This document shows positions 12,996 to 26,110 of a DNA stretch of 64,000 nucleotides, one piece after another. The notes beneath the pieces were generated by a model. It was not told where the DNA came from. It made no database searches and worked only from the letters and a program-made list of their open reading frames with translations. Source of the DNA: Lama glama (lineage: Eukaryota). Location: NCBI GenBank assembly GCA_028534125.1, contig CM052817.1, positions 33,172,001 to 33,236,000 of the forward strand, written 5' to 3'. The position numbers and the translations under genes were made by a program. How positions within the stretch are numbered: the stretch's first letter is position 1; each line of letters begins with the position of its first letter.

Positions 12996-15023
12996 GTAAA
13001 ACTTTTTTCATGTTTTCTCCATCATTGTTAATAAACATGAAATTTCAAGCTTATAGTTACAGGAGGGACAGTGTTGATGTGGTTAGAATATGGAATAGGC
13101 TTTTGGGATTTCAAGGTCCTATTTTCAGCTCTGCCTTGCTTCATTCCAGTTTTGATTAAGATGTTTAGTTTTCTTATACCTGTCTTACCCATTTCTGTAG
13201 AAATAGAGATTCTGAGATAATTTTTGCCATATCAATTTATTGAAGAAAACAGTATAGTATATAAAATATTTTATTAAAAATTACTTTTTCAGACCAGTGA
13301 ATTTTTTGTATAATAAAGTGACTGCAAGAGAAGAGAAAGCTCATTTATCTTGACTTTATTGTGTTTTCTAATTTTTTTTACCCTGCTGGCATAACTCAGT
13401 ACTGTGAGAAAATGTGTTCTGGACCACACAATTAGATAGGTTGACAACTGGTCAGATGGTTGTTCTTAGAGCATGTGATTAAATTGTTCATTGTTGTAAT
13501 GATGTGATCAATATGAGTTTATATGTGGCCCAGTGTAGTTTTTCACATTTTTTCAGGTTTTTTTTTGAAAGTGTGATGCAAATATGATAGCAAGTGTGTT
13601 TACTGAGTTCAGTATTAAAAGTCAAGAAGTATAAAGAGAATGAGAAGTGACAGTGCTTATTAGAAGGGTAGGTCTAAATTCAAAGTGACCTTGATAAACA
13701 AAATAGTGGAGTTCAGATAGCATGCGATAGTATATGTATTTAAATGTGGGATAGAGAGCACTGATTGTGTATGAATGTGGCTGAAAAAGACTTAGTAGGA
13801 AGAGTCAAAGGAATCATTGGTGTGTCTTTTTAGGTTAAAGAGAAATGTGGTTGTAAGGCTGTATAAATAGGACTGTGGACACTAGGACTAAAGTGGTAAT
13901 TGCTAAATTTTACACTGCTAAGATGTTTAATAGAGGAGTTGTAGAACCTAAAACTAGAAACAGTGAAGATGAGCATAGTGAATTGGAAACAACTTGAAGG
14001 AAGGCCAAAAATTGATTTTAGTGGACTTTTGAGAAGGGTTAGGATTACTGGGATTCGTTTTTACATAGAACACAAAAAGGAGGCTTAGTTGAAGGGTTTT
14101 CAATATGTATTTCAATGGATTGCTTCTTGTCTTCATTCAGATCAGCATATGAATTGTAGTGTGAGAGATTTATGTTATATAATTTAATACACTCTCTAAT
14201 AGTGAGGGTTGTTAAAGCTTGGCAGGAATTGGTGTCATAAGGAATTAGTATCAAAAGTTGTAGAATCTTCAAGTCTTGTTGGGATGCTTTGTTGCCTATC
14301 TGAATTAGAAGGTGCAGAGAAGTTAACTGTTAAGGTCCCTTGTAGCGTATTCTGTGGTGTTTCATTTCATACCTTCGTTAGGTATTGTGAATTATTTAGA
14401 ATGCAGACCTCACGATATAAAGGTGCAAATTATTTTCTTTCCAAACTCATTCAGAAACTACATTATGTGCTTTTCTTTGTAAAATAGTTCTTCAGGGTTG
14501 TGCTATTTAAAACATATTTTATGGTGGATGTTCTCAGCCTTAAGCATTTATATATTTACTGGTAAGATTTTATTTATAAATTATACATTTTAAGGAAGTT
14601 TCTATACATCCGAAATTCAAAATATTTTTTGGAAGGTAAATGCTATTTTATTTGCTTTTCTTCTAAAATATTTAAAGTATAACATACCTGTGGCAACACT
14701 ACTACTGTTTTATATATGGAAAAGGTAAGGCATTGAGATTAACTTTCTCATACTGACAAAATGGGCTGTGTGTGGTGCTGAAAATAAGACCGGGTGTCCT
14801 GACTCCCAATTTGTGCTCTGTGTATTAGACCAGATTGTTCATTTATACTTATATTACTGTAAAAATCTGTTCATAATTTTAAGCTCCATTTTTTTTCTGT
14901 CCATTATAACATAGAGAAGCATGTTATGTCCTCAGAGAAATTTAGTGACACACAGCAACTTTAACTCTTGACATTAAATGTACATTCTGTTAACTTTTTT
15001 TATTTTATGATTGAATATTTCAG

Positions 15024-15078
15024 GTTTTCCTCCTCCACCAGGCGCTCCACCTCCATCTCTTATACCAACAATAGAAAG
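15024..15078 (+). CDS. FIP1L1: FIP1L1 exon (GFPPPPGAPPPSLIPTIES)
   Basis: tttcag acceptor, AAG|gtaaat donor; 55 nt; phase 1 to phase 2. Confidence 0.93.
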
Positions 15079-15417
15079 GTAAATTAGTATGGATACTGTG
15101 AATTTTTATTATTGATAGGCTTTTGGCAGAAGAATCATATATATCTTGCTAATACTTCAAAGACTTAATTTTATAAACAATAGTACCTGCCTTTTAATTC
15201 ATAAGTCTAGATCTATATTAGTTACTTTTATGTAAAATTTTAGACCTATAAGAACAAAACAGGACAGACAAAACTAAATAATAGTATTTTGAAATACCTT
15301 GCTTTGATTTATGACACTCTTATTAAAGAAACCCCTAAATGGGTGAAAACTTGGTTATAGTCAGTTTTATGGGAAATACAAGCAGATGACTAGTGATCAT
15401 GAATAATGCATGTCTGC

Positions 15418-15517
15418 NNNNNNNNNNNNNNNNNNNNNNNNNNNNNNNNNNNNNNNNNNNNNNNNNNNNNNNNNNNNNNNNNNNNNNNNNNNNNNNNNNN
15501 NNNNNNNNNNNNNNNNN
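15418..15517. other. Assembly gap (100 N) with duplicated flanks
   Basis: N run; 15218-15416 repeated at 15518-15716. Confidence 0.98.
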
Positions 15518-16412
15518 TTAGTTACTTTTATGTAAAATTTTAGACCTATAAGAACAAAACAGGACAGACAAAACTAAATAATAGTATTTTGAAATACCTT
15601 GCTTTGATTTATGACGCTCTTATTAAAGAAACCCCTAAATGGGTGAAAACTTGGTTATAGTCAGTTTTATGGGAAATACAAGCAGATGACTAGTGATCAT
15701 GAATAATGCATGTCTGTTTTAGGATTAAGTAAGGACAGCTATTATTAGGGACCATATAGTAAAGAAGAACTGCCTTACTCCTTGCTACCCTACACAACTC
15801 GGCTTCCACAAAGGCAGATCAGATCCCTTCTGCGTAGCAATAGCCTTAATTTTTATACGTTGCACTTACGATTTATATTATTTGGAATGCTGTGGATAGC
15901 AATGCCATGTTTAACAGCATAGGCTTTGGAATCACACAGACCTGGTTCAAATTTTGGCTTCAAGATTTCCCAGTTTGGGGTTGCTAGTAGGCAAGGTTCA
16001 TAACTATCCACTGGGACTGTTTCCTCTTTACTGAACGAGTTTGATAGAATTGTGAAGATTTACAACAGCTAGTGACTATAAAGCATCAGCACCATTCTTG
16101 GCAGTTAGAAACAACTAATAAATGGTGGCTATTATTATTTCCTCTTAAGTGGCAAATATTGGTTGGATTATTCATGTTTAATAGTACTAACAAGCTATAT
16201 CTTCTTTACAATGTGTTAGGTGTTAGGTTTAATTTTTTTGAGGTTAAAAAGCCTGGGTTTTTAGTATTAAAAAATAAAATTATGGAATTACAGCTACCAT
16301 TATATGATGGTTAAAGAACACTCGTAATTCTGTCTTATGTTCTGCATTTGCACCAAATTATTAAAATTCAGAACTTACTTGCAACACATAAAAATACATT
16401 TTTCTTTAACAG

Positions 16413-16468
16413 TGGACATTCCTCTGGTTATGACAGTCGTTCTGCACGTGCTTTTCCATATGGCAATG
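16413..16468 (+). CDS. FIP1L1: FIP1L1 exon (GHSSGYDSRSARAFPYGN)
   Basis: tttaacag acceptor, ATG|gtaagt donor; 56 nt; phase 2 to phase 1. Confidence 0.93.
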
Positions 16469-19400
16469 GTAAGTGTTAGTTTTTTAATTGCTCAGATTCA
16501 ATTTTAATAAGTAAAGTGCATAAATACTTTTAAAGCAATAAAAACATACTTCCATGGTTTAAAATACTATCTTACAGTGCAATTTAAAAATATTAACTAC
16601 AGGAATAACCAGGCCTTATGTACATTCCAGGTTGCTTAATGGTATACTTTTCTTTATCAACTATACTTTTAAAAACTAATAAAGATGACATGAGGGGTAT
16701 CTATGCCTTGCCTTTTCCTAAAAGGATTTAAAATTTGTCACCAAATTGTCGATCTTTGTTGTCCATAATCTTTCTGTTTCTTGACTGATGACGTCCAGCT
16801 AACCTTATCTTTCCACCCTCACTGGTTTATTTTTTCTTCTAGATCATTTGGCCATGTCCTCTTTCATGGTCACTCTTGACAACTTTATCCATTGTAAGGG
16901 CTTCTGATACCACTTTCTGCTTAGATCTATTGATCCATTTATTTATTTTAAAAATGCTGTGTATTATACTAGATTTTAGGGATACAGTAAACTAGACATA
17001 AGTTTGCTTGCCTTCAGTGAATTTATACGCTAGTGAAGAAACAACCAGATGACAGAAGATGGTGTCATAAGAGCATGGTGGCATGTTGGAGGGGTCTCCC
17101 AATCCCAAGGAATGGAGTGTGGCTGATTTGACTTGGGGTTCAAACCGTGTTCAGAAACATGGGGCTGAGAGAGAGCATGGTAGGCTCTGTGAACTGAAAG
17201 AAGTATGGTGTGGGTGGAATGCATGGTGAACATCTAGAGATGAGACAAATTGTGCAGGGCGTTTATAGCTGAGTCTTAGAGCTTAGACCTTGTTCAGAGG
17301 GCTCTGAGGGGCCGTTTAGTTTTATGCTGAGTAGTGTCATTGCTAGGTTTACATTTGAAAAGGGTCCATGCTGGCTACTACTGTGAGGAAATTGTGGATT
17401 TGTAGGGAATGCCTGCTTGATTGGGAGAACAAGAAGCTGTTGGAGTAATCCAGGGGAAGAAATGTATGGTCCTGTATTCAGTTAGTACCATGGGAGATGG
17501 AGAAAATTAGTGGTTCTAAAGGCATTTATGCAGTAGAATTTGTAAATATTGGTGAGAGATCAGATCATAGTATCGGTCATATACTTTCAGTGACCTTCTA
17601 GGTATCTGTGTAAGTGTACTGTACTGTCCTTCAGACCCACCTTGTTCAGGCCACATACTCCATTCAATCACATCAAGAGGTAGTGTATCTGTTGACTTAT
17701 TTGTGCAAGGTTATATCACTTCCCCAACCCCCCACCCCTGGGCTTCCAGGAAGTTGTATTCTTTGGGTTGGAATCTTGCTTCCCCCCTCATTATTTATGT
17801 GACTTTCATGGATCTTCAACCATTAAATCGAGAGCATAATTCTTCCTCATAAGGTGAAGTTCAATGAGAATACATAGAAGCACCGTAGTCCTACCATTTA
17901 ATAAACACTCTGTTTAGCTGTTATTTTTATGGTTCTCCCCACCATCTCCAGTAAGCTCTTGAGTTCTCTCCCTTTTCCGCACTTTGAGGCAGTGTAACAT
18001 AATTGTTAAAGCAAAGGCCCTGCAGTTAGACAGCCTTGGTTTGGGTCCTGGGTCCATCTTATCTTAGTAACTTTGGATAAGTTAAAAAAAAGCCGAAATC
18101 CTTTTTCTCATCTGTTAAAGTTTGAATATAAAGTACTCAGCACAGTGCCTGTAATATGTAAGTACTCGATAAGCATTACTTATTAAGTTAAATTTTATTT
18201 TTAACCTCTTTGGTAGCACTTGTCATTTTTTGCTTTGTCATTAAATTCTTTGTGTATTTGTTTCAGCACAAATGAACGTGAGGATTAGTCTACATCAGAA
18301 AGAATATGACTTTATTCTTGAAGTTATCTACACAATTTCCTTGTGGAAGATTTCATTTTTTGAAAAACGGCTGATTAAGCATTTAACCTTTTCTCAGAGT
18401 AATATATGCACATTTTAAATAAAAAATCAAGAGTTTTCTGTTCATTCTTTACCACCCCCAACTCCTCTCTCAGAGGTGGGGTGTTTTTTTGGGTTCTTTT
18501 TTCTTTAATGAAGGACTTCAGTACCAACAATGATAAAGCATAGTGCAAGAATTAAGTAAAGTTAAAAGTTTTCTTTATCCTGTCAAAGCCTTGAAATTAA
18601 GATGATAAATACAGCTTCCTCTTTGTTAGTAATTTTGTGTTTTACCTTTTTTTATTTTAGAATTTTGTAATTTATCCTCAAACACTACTGTGTAACTATA
18701 GATGGAAATACTAATTTTTCTTGATGTGCATGTTAAGATTGTGCTCATGAAGTAATACCTAGTTAAAAAGTAATCTTTGTAGGCATATTAAAGAACTGTC
18801 TAGACAGACATTTTTAATGGTTTTTAGTTTTTCTGATGCTCTACATGGCATTTCTGCATAAGCTTATTTTAACACTATTTCTTGGTTATATAACTTCAGA
18901 TACCATCTGTTGTCTTCCTAGTAGGATAGATGTGTATTTTGCTCACTTACCATCACTGCTTCTCTCCTTTTCCCCACCAGTGTTTTTATTTACTTCTGTT
19001 TTTATTTGGATACCTACCCTCTGTTTCTAAGCCTTTGTCTCCTTTTCCCACTCTGCCTCCCAGCTTTGATCAACCACATTTCTTATATTCTGTCTTGTAA
19101 CAAAAATTATCTGTGCCCTGACATATTTTTTATTCTAAAAGCGAAACAATAAACCATATTTATATTATTATGGCTATGTAAATATTGTGTACTAGAGAGA
19201 TAATTATACTCAAGCCCCTCAAAGGAGAAAGTTTCTGTGGCAAATACATAAAAATTATCATTTTTTCCTCTGATACTTTATCAGTGTGCCAAGTCATACC
19301 ACATTTTAATCGGGTTCATGATTGGACCATGGCTTTCTCTACTTCAAGTATATGAAGATTATTCTTCAGCACGTTTTCCCCCCACAAAGTGTTCAAATTT

Positions 19401-20529
19401 TGTTTTTCATTTATGAGTTCTTAAGCCATCTAGAATTAATTCTTGCCTACGTTATAAAGTAAAGATATAATTGTCCTAGGGTTATTTGTTAAGTAGTAGT
19501 GTCATCTCCATTCGTGTATCAACTTTCCCTGTATTCATGGATCTGTTTCTTAGCTTTCTGGACTATTCATTTGGTTAATTTAACTATCTCTGTGCTAATA
19601 ATGCCACACTATCTTAATTTTGAGTTTTATAGGAAATCTGATACCTGGTTCAGCAAAATCTATTTACCTTATTCTGCTTCAGAAGTATCCTTAGGCCATT
19701 GCTCTTACTTACCTGTTTTAGAGTCAGCTTTGCAAGTTCCATGAAAAACTCTGTTAAGATTTTGATTCATAACTAACACTTATACTATGCTTACAATATG
19801 ACAAACACTTGTTAATTCATGTAATCCTGACAGCCTTATAAATCAGGCATACTGTTATCCTCATTTTATGGGCTAGGGAATGGAAGAATAGCCAGATTAA
19901 ATTATTTCCCCAATGTCACACAATTAGTGGCAGAGTCAGGATTTGAAACCGCGCAGCCTGGCTCCAGTGTTCTTTCTCCTGCTATACCATATTGTTATTA
20001 CATTGATGCTGTAGACCAGTTTGTATGGAATTCATACCTTACAACATTGAGTCAATATATGAACAAGGACTCTCTTTCCATTTAGGAAGATGTTCTTTAA
20101 TGTGTCTCAGTTGAATGCTGTAATTGTCCCCATATACGTCTTGCACATCTTTAGAGTTTGTTATAGGTACCTAATGTTTTTGGTTCTAAATGGCATATTC
20201 ATTTTCTGTTTGTATTTGCTTATATTTAGGAATATAATTTTTTCTATGTAAAATAGGTATATATTGATCAGTATATATGCCGTTTACCTATTGAACTCTC
20301 ACTATAATTTGTCTGTAAAGTCTCTTCAGGCAGTATCACCTGCAGATCCTTCCCTTTCAGATTCTTATTCCTCACCCTACATCCCCTGTTTTTGGTCTTA
20401 TTGTGCTGGCTAGGACCTCTATATGATGTTGAAGTACTGAAAGTTGAGTTCTTGTCTGGGACTGCCCCCCTCCCGTTTTAAGAAGATGCTTTTATATTTA
20501 TGCTGCTAGATTTTTTTTTACTCTTAGGT

Positions 20530-21784
20530 GTTTTTTTTTCCCCTAGATTTATAGTTTTATTTTGGTAATAGTTGTTACAGTGAGATCTACAAACATATAC
20601 AGAATCATTATATTTAAATTCATATAGAACAGTATTTAGATTTTTAAGTTACACTTTTGAAATCAGGAGATGAAGTACAGCTTAAGTTTTACAACAAAGA
20701 AAAAATACACAGGACAAAAACAGTTAACAGTAATGGTACAGCTATCTGTTCTTACACAACACATGGAAACTGTCAGAAATCTACATCTTAATTTCATTGT
20801 CCAAATCATTAAAATATAGATGATTCAGTGCCATTTTGCCAGAAATTCATTTGGCAGTATCATAGACTAACATTTTTGAAAGCAGATCCAAGCCATTTCC
20901 ATCCAAGTTTTTGACATGGGATGCTAGGCTTCCTGGTTTCCATTTGAGAAATGCATTTTCATAGTCCTGTAATTCCACTTTTCTGGCCACACTTCATTAT
21001 TGGGAGTGTCCAAAGCTCTGACAATTCTGAAGAGTTGATTGGCCTCTGAGTCCTCATGGAAAAATAGTTTCTTAGTTGCTAATTCAGAAAATATGATGCC
21101 TATACTCCAAATGTCAACTGGAGTTGAGTAGAGAGCTGACCTCCAGCAATACTTCTAGAGTAGATCTACACCAGAGTGTTACTACCTCGTGTATATACCC
21201 TAATAGGTATTCCAAAAGCTCTGTCAAGGCCAAAATCTGCCAGCTTAATTGTTCCTTTATTATCAATCAGTAGATTTTGAGGATTTGTCTTTGTATAGAA
21301 CTCTTCTAGACTGACAAAACAGTCCCTTGTAGAATTTGGTACAGGTAACTCTAACAAGTGAAGAATCCATAAACTGACGAGGAGGGATAGAGTCCAAGTA
21401 TTTCTTGAGATCCATGGAAAGGAATTCAAAGATGAGCTATAACCTGGAGTCCTGAATAAGCACATCGTGAAGACTGACTATATTTGGATGACGAAGTTCT
21501 TTTAATAGAGGTATTTCCCGAATGGCAGTACTAGGAACCCCTTCCTCTTCACTTTCTCGTCTTATTTTCTTCATGGCTACCACTTGACCTGTAGTTTTGT
21601 GTCTGCCCTTATAGAAGACTTCACAGGTGCCTTCTCCAGTTTTCTCTATTTTGGTACAGTCTTCCATAATTAATCAGTGGGTATGGTAAGTCCCAGCTTA
21701 TTATCCGACGGCGAAAACATCGGTGGCTACCAGGTTGTTGTTGCTCTCCCTTAACTTCCAAGCACCAGCTTTGAAGCTAAGTGC
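20530..21784 (-). pseudogene. CDK1: CDK1 processed pseudogene (5'UTR, disrupted CDS 21667-20781, 3'UTR, poly(A) remnant)
   Basis: Intronless [29 protein letters not shown]; premature TAG at 21439-21437 and several frameshifts; AATAAA at 20561-20556; A-tract 20539-20531; direct repeat ttactcttaggt at 20518-20529 and 21785-21796. Confidence 0.95.
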
Positions 21785-22706
21785 TTACTCTTAGGTTTTT
21801 GATAGAACCCTATGTCGGAATAAGAAAAATCTCTTTTGGTCATGATTGGTTACCTTTTTTTTTTTTAAATAACCACTGATTTATTTAGGATTTTGACATC
21901 TATGTTCATATATAAGATTGGCCTGATTTTCCTTTATTTGTACTGTGCTTAACTGGTTTTGGTATTGAGGTTATACAAGCCACATGTGATAAGTAGGGGA
22001 ATAATTTTTTTCCCCTATTCTCTGACAGTTTGTATAATATTAAAATGATCTGTACCTTATAAGTTAGTAAAACTCACCTGTAAAAGCCGTCTGGTATTAT
22101 GGAAAGGTTTTAAATTACTGATTTAAAGTCTTTAGTAATTATAGGACTACTCAAGAGATTTCTTTTTATTTTTGAGTCATTTTTGTTATTTATTTTTTAA
22201 GGAATTGATTTATTTCAGCTAACTTTTTAAATGTGTTTGTGTAAAGTATAGTATATTCTCTGTTTTTCATCTCTGCAGTATCTGTTGTTGTGGTCCCTTA
22301 TTGGTTCTGATATTTTTATGTCTCTTTCTTAATCTCGTTAGAAGATTATCATATTCCATTTGGCTAGTCTTTAAAAACCAACTTTCAGCTTTATTTATTG
22401 TGTGGTAGTTTTCTACTCACTTGATTTCTACTTTTATATTATCTCCCTTCTGTTGGATTATTCTATTTTTTTCTAAGTTCTTAAGTTGGAAGCTTAATGC
22501 ATTTACTTTCCATCTTTTCTAATGTAGTGTTTTTTTTAAGATTAATTTTCCTCCAGAACAGTTTTCATCTCTAGCCTTTTGATACATAGTATTTTTGTTT
22601 ATGTTTGATTTTTACATTATTTTAAATTTATGAATTTTTTGACCCCTGAGTTATCAGAAATATGTTTTAAATTTGAATTATATGGAGATTATTTTCCCGT
22701 AACTTT

Positions 22707-23163
22707 AATTTTTTTTTACATTTTTTTATTGAGTTATAGTCATTTTAAAATGTTGTGTCAAATTCCAGTGTAGAGAGCACAGTTTTTCAGTTAACATGAA
22801 CATACATATATTCATTGTCACATTTTTTTTGCTATGAGCTACCACAAGATCTTGTATATATTTTCCTGTGCTATACAGTATAATCTTGTTTATCTATTCT
22901 GCATATGCCTGTCAGTATCTACAAATTTTGAAATCCCAGTCTGTCCCTTCTCACCCCCACTCCCCTTGGCAACCACAAGTTTGTATTCTATGTCTATGAG
23001 TCTGTTTCTGTTTTTTTTTTGTTTTTTTTTTTTTAAGATTCCATATATGAGTGATCTCATATGGTATTGTTCTTTCTCTTTCTGGGTTACTTAGAATGAC
23101 ATTCTCCAGGGACATCCGTGTTGCTGCAAATGGCATTATGTTGTCGTTTTTTATGGCTGAATA
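22707..23163 (-). mobile_element. Younger L1 3' end (ORF2 tail MPFAATRMSLENVILS plus 3'UTR)
   Basis: ORF 22951-23136 carries the L1 C-terminal motif; T-tract; direct repeat gtaacttt at 22699 and 23164. Confidence 0.85.
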
Positions 23164-24424
23164 GTAACTTTTAACTTTTACTTCTAATTTCAGTGATGTG
23201 GTGATCAGAGAACATGGTGTCTGTTATACTTATCCTTCAAAAGTACACAGTGTATTTTTTATAAATGTTTCATATGGGTGAGAAGAATGAGTCTTCTTTA
23301 CTTGGCCTGGGCAGTATTCCATGTTATGTCCATTAAATCAACCTTGTTAGCAGTGTTTTGCTCAGTTCTCATATATCTATAATGATTTTTTTGTTTGCTT
23401 AAAGTGTTGGTAATTGAGAAAGTATATTAATCTCCCATGATCATAGTGAATTTTTCTATTTCTACCTGTATTGTTTCTATTAGTTTTTACTCTATAAAAA
23501 GTAATTCTATGTTGCTGGATACTGGAAGTTTAATTGTTCTATTTCCTTGGTGAGTTGCATCCTCTGTCTTCATATACTCGTCCTTTCTTCCCCATTTAAT
23601 CCTTTATGTATGAGTCTGCTTTGTCATTAATATAACTCACGGAAATTGGGGGATATCAGTATTTTCCTCTTCTTTCTCCTGTCCTTTTACTTTCAACTAT
23701 TTTGTGGGTTTTTATGTCTGTTATATTCAGAATATAGGTAGAATGTTTTAAAGTACAAATCAACAATCTCTGTCACTTAACTGATGAATTCAGTCCCTTT
23801 TTCATTGTGATTTTCAACTTTCAGTGATTGAAACTTATGTCCCCTACTCATTCTTTCCAGTCTTTTTTGAGTTGACTGAGTTTTTTGGGTGATTTTTAAA
23901 AATTGTTTTTCCCTGTTTTATTTTAAAATAATACATTTCTATTTTTTAGTGGTTACTCTTGAAATGTATTATGCATATATCTGATAGAATTTTTTTGGTG
24001 AACTCTGTTTATAAGCTTTGTTTAGTTTTTTATGAATGCTTTTGTCTTATTCTTAAAATATAATTTTGAGTACAGATTTTTAGGTTGATTGTTACTTTCT
24101 CTCAGCACTTTGAAGATGGCCTGATGTATTCTGGTTTACATTTTTGATATTGAGAAGTTTCTGACGTATCTAATTCTGTTTGCTGTTCACCTTGCAAAAT
24201 GAAGAGTCTTTGTATGTTAGATCTTTAAGGTTTATTTTTGGTTATTTCCCTAAATTGTGGGTATCTACCAAATGTTATTTCTCTTTTCTATTTATAAAAT
24301 AATTTTCTTTTTAATCTAATAAAGCACTTTTGTGGGAGTTTTGTCTTATTTTTCAATAACCTTTCATTGTCTGTTTTGTTTTTTAAGTATTATAACTTGT
24401 TTTTAATTATTTTTTTCTCTGTAG

Positions 24425-24638
24425 TTGCCTTTCCCCACCTTCCTGGTTCTGCTCCCTCATGGCCTAGTCTTGTGGACACCAGTAAGCAATGGGACTATTA
24501 TGCAAGAAGAGAGAAAGACCGAGACAGAGATAGAGATAGAGACCGAGAGCGAGATCGTGACCGGGACAGAGAAAGAGAACGCACCAGAGAAAGAGAGAGG
24601 GAGCGTGATCACAGCCCCACGCCAAGTGTTTTCAACAG
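24425..24638 (+). CDS. FIP1L1: FIP1L1 exon encoding the RE/RD dipeptide-repeat region ([14 protein letters not shown]...RDRERDRD...HSPTPSVFN)
   Basis: ctctgtag acceptor, CAG|gtttgt donor; 214 nt; lies within ORF 24367-24789. Confidence 0.96.
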
Positions 24639-25650
24639 GTTTGTTCAGTGCAGGAGTTTGTACTCATGTATTTTTATATGCACTTTTGAATTTATATTTG
24701 GTGCGAGGATGGAAAATCCAATGCAATTGGGAAAGGGTTGCTTGAAGAGTAGTTGGGATAGCCGTTTTAAAAGCATCAAGGCTATTTAATTTATAGAGGC
24801 TTCCCATTATCTAAAGCAATGGTCTTTAAATTTGTTCATTTTTCCCTTATAAGAACTTCAAAAACGTCATACCCCTCACGTATTTTTATATTGCCATCTA
24901 AAATTTTTCACCTTAAGTTTAAACAGTTGGCAATATAGATATAATTTCCAGTCTATTATAAATATCACAATTTTAAAATAAAATTATCATTACTCTTTTA
25001 AATATATCCAGTGGATTAAGAACACCATAGTGATTTGTTAAACTTCATCATCCACTTTTTTAGAGTGTATAAACAAGCTCTCTTTAACAGTTGGAAATTT
25101 TACAATTTTTAAATTCTAATACAAAATATTTTCATTCTTAAAAAAGTTGTTTATTCATCCATCCTATCTTTCCTGCAACATCCCTATAAATTAAAATGTG
25201 CAAAAAAAGTAATGACTATAAGATTAAAATATTTAAATTTTTTTAATTAGTTATCATTATTTTTATATATAAAAATAATGCATATTCTGAAAATAACGGA
25301 ACTGCATTCCTTAATGTTACGGGAGTGCTTCTACCCATCCGCAATTAATATTTGTATCCATGAATGAATATTACTGTTGTTAGGGAAAAACAGGTTCTGC
25401 CATTGATTATTATTTTTTTTTAAATATGCAGATGTAAGCATTAAAAAACCTTGTTCACATAAAATATGTAAATCAGAATTGATGGAATTTTGTTGTGGCT
25501 CTGTCACCAAATTATTTGAGCACTTTGAGATTTAGTGATGTTGAAATTATATAGTTACCCTGTCACCAAAAGTTATTTTTAAGGATCTATCAGCTCATGA
25601 CTCAGTGTTCTTAAAAGCAGAGAACTGGAAACCACTTGATTGCTACTCAG

Positions 25651-26110
25651 TGTAATTGTTTTCTAGGACTGCTGAAACAAAAATACCACAAACTGGTAGC
25701 CTAGAACAACAGACATTTACTCTCTCACAGGTCTGGAGGGTAGAGGTCTGATATCAAGGTGGCAGCAGGTTGAGTTCCTTTTTTGTAGGCTTTGAGAGAG
25801 AATGTGTTCCATGCCTCTCCTGTAGCTTCTGGTGGTTGTTAGCAGTCCTTGGTGTCCCTTGGTTGGTAGATGCATCACTATAGTCTGTCTCTGCCTTCAC
25901 ACGGCATTCTCCTCTCTGTGTCTGTGTCCACATTTCCCTGTTCTTATGAGGATGTCAGTCATTGGATTAGGGCACAGCCAAATGCAGTTGACCTCATCTT
26001 GGCTTGATGATTACATCTGAAAGACCCTGTTTCCAAGTAAGGTTACATTCACAGGTATGTGGGTTAGGACTTGAACATATCCTTTTAGGGGGATACAGTT
26101 TAACCCAGTA
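25651..26110. mobile_element. MLT1-type solo LTR
   Basis: gctgaaacaaaaataccacaaactgg...tctcacaggtctggaggg...tcaaggtggcagcagg...gattacatctgaaagaccctgtttccaagtaagg. Confidence 0.75.

Larger units (their letters stand above)
19400..24200 (-). mobile_element. Highly decayed ancient L1 (L1M-type) tract hosting the CDK1 retrocopy and a younger L1 end; boundaries approximate
   Basis: T-rich antisense L1-like motifs, e.g. aggattttgacatctatgttcat...tggttttggtattgaggttata near 21890-21975. Confidence 0.5.

Noticed and set aside
12709..13038. 109-aa minus-strand ORF across the microexon
   Set aside because: No recognisable domain or splice support; length is reachable by chance
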